Of a stretch of 64,000 nucleotides of DNA, positions 8,720 to 15,884 are shown piece by piece. Numbering within the stretch: the first letter of the stretch is position 1; every line of letters begins with the position of its first letter. The DNA is from Gemmatimonadota bacterium (GTDB lineage Bacteria; Gemmatimonadota; Gemmatimonadetes; Gemmatimonadales; GWC2-71-9), in NCBI GenBank assembly GCA_003169895.1, contig PNAE01000007.1:1135222-1199221 (forward strand), in the 5' to 3' direction. Under the pieces are notes generated by a model that had not been told where the DNA came from, searched no databases, and worked only from the letters and a program-made list of their open reading frames with translations. The translations under genes and the position numbers were made by a program.

Positions 8720-9268
8720 ATGTCCATGCCGCTCACCAGCTATTTCACCGCTGACGCAGTGCGTGCCCTCCCCGACGACGGCAAGCGCTATGAGACCGTC
8801 CACGGCGAGCTGCTCATGACGCCGGCGCCGGGCGGGCAGCACCAACCCTTCCTCAGCGACCTCCACGTTATTCTCGGCTCCTATCTGGCGGCCAACGGCA
8901 TCAAGGGCGTCCTCGAGTCGCCGGCGGACATTTCGTTCGACGACGGCACCCTGGTGCAGCCTGATCTCTTCGTTGCGGACATCGCGGCGTTCCTGCGTTC
9001 CGGCGAGTGGAAGGACGTCCGGACGCTGTACCTGGTGGTTGAAGTTGTGAGCCAGTCCAGCGACACGTCCGATCGCGTCACCAAACGTCGGCTCTATCAG
9101 GAACATCGCATTCCGGAATACTGGGTCGTCGACATCGACCAGCATCAGGTCGAGGTGTGGACCCCTGACGCACTCTTCCCGGTCATCGAGCGCGAGCGGT
9201 TGGTATGGCGGCATCCGGCGCTTGAGGCCGACTGCACCGTGGATCTGGCGAAGCTGTTGTCACCCTGA
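8720..9268 (+). CDS. Uma2 family putative endonuclease, paralog 2 of 5 (C-terminus remodelled by a REP element)
   Basis: Same motifs as copy 1. It ends ...VDLAKLLSP* instead of ...VDLVKLFGQH*, because the last codons and the stop come from the repeat arm TTGTCACCCTGA. Confidence 0.8.
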   Translation: MSMPLTSYFTADAVRALPDDGKRYETVHGELLMTPAPGGQHQPFLSDLHVILGSYLAANGIKGVLESPADISFDDGTLVQPDLFVADIAAFLRSGEWKDVRTLYLVVEVVSQSSDTSDRVTKRRLYQEHRIPEYWVVDIDQHQVEVWTPDALFPVIERERLVWRHPALEADCTVDLAKLLSP

Positions 9269-9325
9269 GTGTGAGGGGCTGCGCTCAGGGTGACAAGCGT
9301 GTGAGGGCCTGCGCTCAGGGTGACA
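9257..9325. repeat. REP-like palindromic element (one forward arm, two reverse arms)
   Basis: ttgtcaccctgag / gtgtgaggggctgcgctcagggtgacaa / gcgtgtgagggcctgcgctcagggtgaca. Confidence 0.75.
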
Positions 9326-9413
9326 CGGTGGCGCGCGTTCGAACGATCCGCGCCCCTCCGAACCGGTGATCCGGGCCGATCACGTGCGGCTACACTCGGC
9401 GCATTCGCCCCAC

Positions 9414-9443
9414 TTGCCCACCTCTGTCCGCCGAGACGATACT
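9414..9443 (+). promoter_or_regulatory. Promoter-like TTGCCC-N18-GATACT, Uma2 copy 3
   Basis: TTGCCC 9414-9419, GATACT 9438-9443, then ATGtccATG. Confidence 0.4.
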
Positions 9444-9995
9444 ATGTCCATGCCGCTCACCAGCTATTTCACCGCTGACGCAGTGCGTGCCCTCCCCGAC
9501 GACGGCAAGCGCTATGAGACCGTCCACGGCGAGCTGCTCATGACGCCGGCGCCGGGCGGACAGCACCAACCTCTTCTCGGCGACCTGTACCTGGTGCTCG
9601 GCAACTATCTGGCCGCCAACGGTATCCGCGGACTGCTTTTCTCCCCTGCGGACATTTCTTTCGGCGATGATACGCTTGTCCAGCCGGACCTCTTCGTCGC
9701 CGACTGCGCGGCATTCTACCGGTCCGGCAACTGGTCCGACGTGCGGACGCTCCACTTGGTGGTGGAGATCATCTCCCGGTCGAGCGTGAAGGCGGATCGT
9801 ACTACCAAGCGTCGCCTGTATCAGGAACAGCGTATTCCAGCGTATTGGGTCGTGGACATCGATCAGCGCCAGGTCGAGGTGTGGACCCCCGACGCATTCT
9901 TCCCGGTCATCGAGCGTGAGCAGCTGACCTGGCGGCATCCGGCGCTCGACACGAGTTGCATGGTGGACCTGGTCAGGCTGTTCGGGCAGCATTGA
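9444..9995 (+). CDS. Uma2 family putative endonuclease, paralog 3 of 5
   Basis: N-terminal 43 aa identical to copy 2. The C-terminal tail and downstream spacer are as in copy 1. Confidence 0.8.
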   Translation: MSMPLTSYFTADAVRALPDDGKRYETVHGELLMTPAPGGQHQPLLGDLYLVLGNYLAANGIRGLLFSPADISFGDDTLVQPDLFVADCAAFYRSGNWSDVRTLHLVVEIISRSSVKADRTTKRRLYQEQRIPAYWVVDIDQRQVEVWTPDAFFPVIEREQLTWRHPALDTSCMVDLVRLFGQH

Positions 9996-10076
9996 CCCTT
10001 CGGCGCGCTCTTTCGTGCCGCGGCCGGCCGAGCGTACCTTGTATCGTATCGGCAGACCCCTGGTCGGAGACTGCCG

Positions 10077-10424
10077 ATGCCCGTGACCGCGAAACTTTCC
10101 CAGGCCTTCTACGACCGTCTCGGCCACCAGGTGGCCGACGAGATGGTGGACTGGTTCAATCAGGTGGACGCTGCCAACCGTTCTGATCTGCGTGAGCTCA
10201 ATGAGCTGAACTTCGCGCGCTTCGACGCGACGCTGAAGCAGCAACTCTCTGAGTTTTCGCGGGTGCTCGATTCTCGCCTCGCCGAGTTTTCTCGGGCCTT
10301 CGAACGCGAGCTCGCCAAACTCGCCATCGAGCTGAAGGATCAGCAAGTCATCCAGATGCGGTGGATGATCGGGGTGTGGTTGGTGGTGCTTGTCGCTGTG
10401 ATGGGACTCTGGATCCGGCGCTAG
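10077..10424 (+). CDS. Tail-anchored coiled-coil membrane protein (DUF1640-like), copy 2
   Basis: The first 49 aa and the C-terminal TM segment are near-identical to copy 1. The central coiled coil differs in sequence and is 29 aa shorter. Confidence 0.65.
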   Translation: MPVTAKLSQAFYDRLGHQVADEMVDWFNQVDAANRSDLRELNELNFARFDATLKQQLSEFSRVLDSRLAEFSRAFERELAKLAIELKDQQVIQMRWMIGVWLVVLVAVMGLWIRR

Positions 10425-10516
10425 TCCGGCGAGCGCGCGTTCGAACGCTCCCCACCATCGACCAACAGATGACCGGCTGTGCGGTCCCGCGGCCACCGTT
10501 CCGGCATGCCGCCTGC

Positions 10517-10546
10517 TTGCCTCCCGTTCGCCGCCGAGACGATACT
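10517..10546 (+). promoter_or_regulatory. Promoter-like TTGCCT-N18-GATACT, Uma2 copy 4
   Basis: TTGCCT 10517-10522, GATACT 10541-10546, then ATGcccATG. Confidence 0.4.
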
Positions 10547-11098
10547 ATGCCCATGCCGCTCGCGAGCCACTACACCGCCGACGCCGTGCGCGCGCTGCCC
10601 GACGACGGCAACCGCTACGAAACCGTCCACGGCGAGTTGCTAGTGACGCCGGCACCCGGTGGCCCGCATCAGCTGATGCTGTTTCGCCTGATCGCCATCG
10701 TGCAGCCCTATCTCGCGGCCGATGGCCTCGAGCAACTCCTTGGCGCGCCCGCGGATCTGTCATGGGGCGGGGATACGCTCACCCAGCCCGACCTCTTCGT
10801 GGCCGACCTCAGCGCGTTCCGGCGCTCCGGCAAGTGGGCCGACATCCGGACGGTCTATCTGGTGATCGAGATCGTGAGCCCGTCGAGCGCGAAGGCGGAT
10901 CGTACTACCAAGCGTCGCCTCTATCAGGAACAGCACGTTCCCGAATACTGGATCGTCGACATCGATCAGCGCCAGGTCGAGGTGTGGACCCCCGACGCAC
11001 TCTTCCCGATCATTGAGCGTGAGCAGCTGACCTGGCGGCATCCGGCGCTTGAGGCGGGCTGCGTGGTGGACCTGGTCAAGCTGTTCGGGCAGCATTGA
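10547..11098 (+). CDS. Uma2 family putative endonuclease, paralog 4 of 5
   Basis: Same motif set (PDLFVAD, IEIVSPSS, TKRRLYQEQ). Confidence 0.8.
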   Translation: MPMPLASHYTADAVRALPDDGNRYETVHGELLVTPAPGGPHQLMLFRLIAIVQPYLAADGLEQLLGAPADLSWGGDTLTQPDLFVADLSAFRRSGKWADIRTVYLVIEIVSPSSAKADRTTKRRLYQEQHVPEYWIVDIDQRQVEVWTPDALFPIIEREQLTWRHPALEAGCVVDLVKLFGQH

Positions 11099-11218
11099 CC
11101 CTTCGGCGCGCGCGTTCGTACCGCTAGCCCGGCGAGCGCGCGTTCGAACGCTCCCACCATCGACCAACAGATGACCGGCTGTGCGGTCCCGCGGCCACCG
11201 TTCCGGCATGCCGCCTGC

Positions 11219-11248
11219 TTGCCTCCTATTCGCCGCCGAGACGATACT
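11219..11248 (+). promoter_or_regulatory. Promoter-like TTGCCT-N18-GATACT, Uma2 copy 5
   Basis: TTGCCT 11219-11224, GATACT 11243-11248, then ATGtccATG. Confidence 0.4.
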
Positions 11249-11800
11249 ATGTCCATGCCGCTCGCGAACTACTACACTGCCGACGCCGTGCGCGCGCTGC
11301 CCGACGACGGCAACCGCTACGAGACCGTCCACGGCGAATTGCTGGTGACGCCGGCGCCGGGTGGGCGACACCAGTACGTTCTCGCGGAACTCTTTCGTGT
11401 CCTCGACGGGTACCTGGTCAGTCACGGAATCAAGGGGATCCTGTGGTCGCCCGCGGATATTTCCTTCGGCGACGACACGCTGGTGCAGCCCGACCTCTTC
11501 GTGGCCGACCTCGAAGCGTTCAGGCGCTCGGGCAAGTGGGCCGACATCCGCGCGCTCTACCTGACCATCGAGATCGTGAGCCCGTCCAGCGCCAGGGCCG
11601 ATCGGATCACCAAGCGTCGGCTCTATCAGGAACAGCGCATTCCCCAATACTGGGTCGTCGACATCGACCAGCAGCAGGTCGAAGTGTGGGCGCCCGATGC
11701 GCGATTCCCGATTATTGAGCGTGAGCAGCTGACATGGCGCCATCCGGCGCTTGACACGAGCTGCGTGGTGGACCTGGTCAAGCTGTTCGGGCAGCATTGA
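11249..11800 (+). CDS. Uma2 family putative endonuclease, paralog 5 of 5
   Basis: Same motif set. The C-terminal half is almost identical to copy 1. Confidence 0.8.
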   Translation: MSMPLANYYTADAVRALPDDGNRYETVHGELLVTPAPGGRHQYVLAELFRVLDGYLVSHGIKGILWSPADISFGDDTLVQPDLFVADLEAFRRSGKWADIRALYLTIEIVSPSSARADRITKRRLYQEQRIPQYWVVDIDQQQVEVWAPDARFPIIEREQLTWRHPALDTSCVVDLVKLFGQH

Positions 11801-11818
11801 CCCTTCGGCCTCACACTC

Positions 11819-11940
11819 TTGTCACCCTGAGCGAAGCGAAGGGGCGGAGTGATGACTTAGTACCAAGTTCCGCCCCTTCGCCTGCGGCTCAGGGTGACAA
11901 GGGCGCCACTCCGCCCCTTCGCCTGCGGCTCAGGGTGACA
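11819..11940. repeat. REP-like palindromic element (one forward arm, two reverse arms)
   Basis: cttgtcaccctgagcgaagcgaaggggcgg ... ccgccccttcgcctgcggctcagggtgacaa ... ccgccccttcgcctgcggctcagggtgaca. Confidence 0.8.
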
Positions 11941-11978
11941 CAAGCCATCCCCCGACGTCGCTAGACTTCCCTCCCCCC

Positions 11979-12767
11979 ATGCCCCTGACTCCAGCCCATG
12001 CTGCCGCGGCGCCGCTGCTGCACCGCCTGATCCGCCCATTGGGCCTCAGTATCCCGATCTCCGCCCTCGTCATCGGCACCATGACGCCGGACTTCGAGTA
12101 CCTTATTCGTCTCACTCCTGGTATTCGCGCCTGGCACACGCCGCTCGGGCTTCTGGAGTTCTGCTTACCTGTCGGCCTGGCGACGTGGTGGGTATTTCGT
12201 GTGATCATCGGCCCGGCGCTGCTGCGACTGCTACCGCCTGGGCTCGGCGCGGCGGCACGCGCGCAGATCGCGCCGGGATCGACATTCCGACTGATCCCCG
12301 GCGCAAGCGTCGCCGTCCTCCTCGGCGCCGTCAGTCACGACTTGTGGGACAGCTTCACGCATGAGGCAGGCTGGGGCGTCCATGAGATCCCTGCGCTCGA
12401 TGCCTCCGTCCCGCTCGGGGGAACCGGTGCAACGCCATGGTATTCGATCCTGCAGTACGGGAGTTCTGCTATCGGCCTGATTGTCATCATTGCCATCCTC
12501 TGGCAGTGGGTCGCGGCACACCCGAAGGCCGATCGCCACGTTCCGGTGGGCCAGCGGGCATGGCGCATCCGCGAACTGGGAGTGCTGCTGCTGGTGGGAG
12601 TGGCGGGAGCGGTACTCAATGCGTCGCGCGGCCGCCATTCCGGCCTCTCATGGACGCTCGGCCTGGCGGCGGTCGGGGGCATGTCGGCGCTCGCACTGGC
12701 GCTCCTGGCCTACGGGATTATCGATTCGATCCGTCACCGCGACGCACCGGCCCGCCGCGACGGCTGA
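11979..12767 (+). CDS. DUF4184-like integral membrane protein (putative metal-dependent hydrolase)
   Basis: N-terminus MPLTPAHAAAAPLL..., PDFEYLIR, later SHDLWDSFTH, and multiple TM segments, as I recall for DUF4184. Confidence 0.55.
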   Translation: MPLTPAHAAAAPLLHRLIRPLGLSIPISALVIGTMTPDFEYLIRLTPGIRAWHTPLGLLEFCLPVGLATWWVFRVIIGPALLRLLPPGLGAAARAQIAPGSTFRLIPGASVAVLLGAVSHDLWDSFTHEAGWGVHEIPALDASVPLGGTGATPWYSILQYGSSAIGLIVIIAILWQWVAAHPKADRHVPVGQRAWRIRELGVLLLVGVAGAVLNASRGRHSGLSWTLGLAAVGGMSALALALLAYGIIDSIRHRDAPARRDG

Positions 12768-12819
12768 CGACCAGGTCTCCTCGGATTGAGGCGCGGACAC
12801 CACGCGCTGCCTGAAGCGC

Positions 12820-12849
12820 TTGCCCCACCCGACATACTACGGTTATACT
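12820..12849 (+). promoter_or_regulatory. Promoter-like TTGCCC-N18-TATACT five nt upstream of the antitoxin ATG
   Basis: TTGCCC 12820-12825, TATACT 12844-12849, ATG at 12855, and no Shine-Dalgarno. Confidence 0.4.
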
Positions 12850-12854
12850 GCGGT

Positions 12855-13091
12855 ATGAAGACCGCGATCTCGATTCCCGATGACCTCTTCGATTCCGCCG
12901 ACGCCTTGGCGGACCGCCTCGGCCTCTCGCGCAGCGCTCTCTATGCCGACGCGGTCGCCGAGTTCGTGGCGAAGCATCAAGGCACCCACATCACCGACCA
13001 ACTGAACACCCTCTACGCCACCGAGCCCAGTCGGCTCGACCGCCACATCAAGCGCGCCCAAGCCAAGGCCGCCCAGTCCGCTCGTTGGTAG
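12855..13091 (+). CDS. Ribbon-helix-helix (CopG/MazE-like) antitoxin
   Basis: MKTAISIPDDLFDSADALADRLGLSRSALYADAVAEFV is a typical RHH N-terminus. It overlaps the downstream toxin gene by 7 nt. Confidence 0.75.
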   Translation: MKTAISIPDDLFDSADALADRLGLSRSALYADAVAEFVAKHQGTHITDQLNTLYATEPSRLDRHIKRAQAKAAQSARW

Positions 13092-13435
13092 TACAGCGGG
13101 GCGAGGTCTGGTGGATCACGCTCCCGGAGCCCGCCGGCTCGGAGCCCGGTTTTCGCCGACCCGTGATCGTCGTCCAGGCAAACGCGTTCAATCGGAGCCG
13201 CATCCAGACCGTGATCGCGGTACTGCTCAGCTCGAACCTGCGGCTATTGGATGCCCCGGGTAATGCATTGGTCCCCGCCAATGCCTCAGGTCTACCGAGA
13301 GACTCCGTCGCGAATGTTTCACAGCTCATCACCATCGACCGCGATGATCTTACGGATCGGGTCGGAAGATTGCCCGGCCGCGTGATGGCCCGCGTGGACC
13401 TCGGACTTCGCATCGTACTCGACCTGGAGCCATAG
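13085..13435 (+). CDS. mazF: PemK/MazF-family type II toxin endoribonuclease
   Basis: RGEVWWITLPEPAGSEPGFRRPVIVVQ...LPRDSVANVSQLITIDRDDL fits the MazF fold signature. TTG start overlaps the antitoxin stop. Confidence 0.8.
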   Translation: MVVQRGEVWWITLPEPAGSEPGFRRPVIVVQANAFNRSRIQTVIAVLLSSNLRLLDAPGNALVPANASGLPRDSVANVSQLITIDRDDLTDRVGRLPGRVMARVDLGLRIVLDLEP

Positions 13436-13729
13436 CGAGTCGCCAGCGCGCGCTGAGAGGAGCCGACCAATAGAGGGGTCGGCCATCCGCCTTGTGGCGA
13501 GCCCACGACAGACCGATGCAGCCGCAACACACGCTCGCCCTCCCGGGCCGGCCTCTCACCGCTGCGGCAGCTTTCCATAAACCATTGCTACTGGATGACT
13601 TGCATGTCTCTCCGCGAAAGAACCGGTTCAAGCCCGGAACTTGCTTTTTGCATCGCCTCGTAACAAGGCGCTATTCGCTGGTCTCGCAGTTTACCGATGC
13701 CGGTTACCCGGCCTGATGGAGTTCTGGCA

Positions 13730-14479
13730 ATGTCGATCCTGTCCTCACGCACGTTTCGGACTTCGTGCCTCGGAACCTTCCTGGCGTTTGGTCTCATTGT
13801 CTCGAACGCGCACTCGGCTGCGGCACAGACCACGCTGATCTTCGATCCGTCGAACTCGTGTGCCGGTGCCTGCGTCCCCTTTGGCACATTGCTGGACCCC
13901 AATTACGGCTCGGGCGGCGGCGTCGCCGTGTCCAACGGCGTGTTGAGCGCGTTCGGCGACCCGATAGTGGGGCTGACTCCGGGACTGTTCTGGGGGGGCG
14001 GCTTTGGACCGTTCAGCAGCGGATTCACATTCGGCTCGTGGGATTACACGTTCCCAATCACGCCCAATGTCGGGGCGTTCGTCTTCAGCGATAACAGTCA
14101 TCAGCTTCAGTTCCTTGGCATGGACATGGCCTCCAACGACGATCCAGCGACCGCCTATGTTAGAGTATACGATCTGGCCGGCAATCTCGTGTGGACGGGT
14201 GGGACAGGCTCCCCCCAGTCCTACACACTGAACTGTTGCGGGAACAGTGGCATTGTTACGCCGACCGGTCCGGCCCCGGCGGTCCTCAATGGATTCGTGG
14301 TCGAGTTCACCTTGTCTCCCGTCTATCCGCTTTCAAACCTCTGGATCGACAACCTCGAATTTGGCCTGGATGGCGCAGGTGCGCCGCAGAGCACCGTGCC
14401 AGAGCCGGCAACCATGAGCCTCGTGGCACTCGGATTGGTCGGCATGGCCGGCGCGGGATTCCGCAAGCGCACGCGCTGA
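13730..14479 (+). CDS. PEP-CTERM sorting-domain protein
   Basis: N-terminal signal MSILSSRTFRTSCLGTFLAFGLIVSNAHSAAAQ. C-terminal VPEPATMSLVALGLVGMAGAGFRKRTR (PEP motif, TM segment, basic tail). Confidence 0.85.
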   Translation: MSILSSRTFRTSCLGTFLAFGLIVSNAHSAAAQTTLIFDPSNSCAGACVPFGTLLDPNYGSGGGVAVSNGVLSAFGDPIVGLTPGLFWGGGFGPFSSGFTFGSWDYTFPITPNVGAFVFSDNSHQLQFLGMDMASNDDPATAYVRVYDLAGNLVWTGGTGSPQSYTLNCCGNSGIVTPTGPAPAVLNGFVVEFTLSPVYPLSNLWIDNLEFGLDGAGAPQSTVPEPATMSLVALGLVGMAGAGFRKRTR

Positions 14480-14497
14480 ACCGCTCAGCAACAATGT

Positions 14498-14535
14498 GAA
14501 AACGGGCGGGCCACTCGGTGGGCCGCCCGTTTTTC
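14498..14535. terminator. Bidirectional rho-independent terminator
   Basis: gaaaACGGGCGGGCCactcggtGGGCCGCCCGTttttcg: a GC-rich stem flanked by an A-tract and a T-tract, between convergent genes. Confidence 0.8.
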
Positions 14536-14631
14536 GTTGCATCGCTACCCTTCGCCCCCGTGAACAGGCCGCGCATGTTGTGCGGCGCAGGCGTCGGTTC
14601 AGCAAGTCGAGCGCCCTCACACCGGTACCGG

Positions 14632-15714
14632 TCACTGCCAGGCGGTCAGTCCGGTCGTCCTCCGCCATGCCTCCGGGTGGGTCCGGAACCACGAGAGCAC
14701 CAGGAGCCGCTCGTGCAGCTGCTCGGCATCGACGCGGTGCGCCGGCGGCAGCGATCTGGCGCATTCCTCGGCTACCACACCGGCAAACATTTCGTGCTCC
14801 AGCGGCGACACCGGATCGGGATAGCAGGCACGCACTTCACCGGATCGGATGAGATAGATCCGATCGTCGCCCTGGCTGCCCGGATCGCGATAGATGAACG
14901 ACAGCAGGTCGAGCGAAGCGCGCGCGCGCGTGGTCGCTGCGAGCAGCCATTCCAGTGCCTCGAACTTCTCGCGCCAGCGCAGCGCGCCCTCGAAATCGGC
15001 GGCTTCCGCCCGCGACGTCATCTCGTGGACGACGCGATCGACCGGCTGCAGCGCCCGACCCTCGCAGAAGCCCGCCGCGGCCTCGACGCGATCGCGATAG
15101 GCCGCCTCGGCGACGAGCCCAGCGCAGGGGCCGAGGCACGTCTTGAAGTCGTACCGCGGACACGCGGCCCGTCGTGGTTCAGCGAAGAGGTCGCCCTGCT
15201 CGGCGTAGTGCATCGGCATGTCGGCGCGGCAATCGCGGAGGCCGAGCAGGTCGGACAGCGCCCGCGCCGCGACCACCGTGCGCGCCGGCGATGGCAGCGG
15301 CCCATAGGTTCGTCCGCGAAGCCGGTCGGGAGTGCCGGTGGCCACCAGCCTGGGCGCGGACTCGTCGGTCAGCACGAGGAAGCCATATCGCTTCGACCGG
15401 TTCATTGCCACGTTGAACGGCGGCCGGTGCTTGCGGATGAGCTTGAGTTCCGCGAGCGCCGCGGAGAATTCACTCGGGGTGTAGTCGAACACAATGTCGC
15501 TGGCGGCGTGCAGGATCCTGGCCTGCTTGTCGTCGGGATACTGGGCGCGGAAATACGACAGCAATCGGGTCCGGATTGCCTTCGCCTTGCCGGCATAAAG
15601 TACATGGCCGCTGGCGTCGATCATGCGGTAGGTGCCCGGCCGGTCCTCAGCCAATCGCTGGATCCGGAATCGCAGGGCGGGCAGATCGGTGGCGGGAAGC
15701 GCGAGGGCGAGCAC
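14632..15714 (-). CDS. UvrC-homologous GIY-YIG nuclease lacking the C-terminal endonuclease/HhH half (Cho-like)
   Basis: GTYRMIDASGHVLYAGKAKAIRTRLLSYF (GIY-YIG), the Cys-containing CPRYDFKTCLGPCAG region, and a UVR-like FEGALRWREKFEALEWL. Only 360 aa versus about 600 for UvrC. Confidence 0.7.
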   Translation of the reverse strand: MLALALPATDLPALRFRIQRLAEDRPGTYRMIDASGHVLYAGKAKAIRTRLLSYFRAQYPDDKQARILHAASDIVFDYTPSEFSAALAELKLIRKHRPPFNVAMNRSKRYGFLVLTDESAPRLVATGTPDRLRGRTYGPLPSPARTVVAARALSDLLGLRDCRADMPMHYAEQGDLFAEPRRAACPRYDFKTCLGPCAGLVAEAAYRDRVEAAAGFCEGRALQPVDRVVHEMTSRAEAADFEGALRWREKFEALEWLLAATTRARASLDLLSFIYRDPGSQGDDRIYLIRSGEVRACYPDPVSPLEHEMFAGVVAEECARSLPPAHRVDAEQLHERLLVLSWFRTHPEAWRRTTGLTAWQ

Positions 15715-15745
15715 GAATGGAAATGTAGCGGCAGGCTTGAGAAGC

Positions 15746-15856
15746 TTGTCACCCTGAGCGCAGCGAAGGGGCGGAGCGTGGTACTAAGGCGCCATCCCGC
15801 CCCTTCGCTGCGCTCAGGGTGACAAACCGCCCCTTCGCTGCGCTCAGGGTGACAAA
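15746..15856. repeat. REP-like palindromic element (one forward arm, two reverse arms)
   Basis: ttgtcaccctgagcgcagcgaaggggcgg ... ccgccccttcgctgcgctcagggtgacaa (x2). Confidence 0.8.
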
Positions 15857-15883
15857 CGTCTCTCGTCTCTCGTCTCTCCTGCT
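15857..15883. repeat. Solitary tandem-heptamer arm (3 x CGTCTCT + CCTGCT)
   Basis: Identical to the distal part of the right arm of the 29000-29143 inverted repeat. No partner arm nearby. Confidence 0.6.
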
Positions 15884-15884
15884 T

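Noticed and set aside
9390-11797. Two long minus-strand ORFs (368 and 345 aa) across the Uma2 array
   Set aside because: They are mirror images of the plus-strand Uma2 and coiled-coil genes and span the intergenic leaders. Their repetitive similarity only reflects the plus-strand paralogy.
7417-11800. Uma2 array as a cluster of insertion sequences or transposases
   Set aside because: The proteins are small PD-(D/E)xK-fold Uma2 members, not DDE, serine or tyrosine transposases. The units lack terminal inverted repeats and share a promoter-like leader instead.
13612-13630. tRNA T-arm-like CCGGTTCAAGCCCGG
   Set aside because: No acceptor, D or anticodon arms can be built around it, and it lies in an ordinary promoter-proximal spacer.
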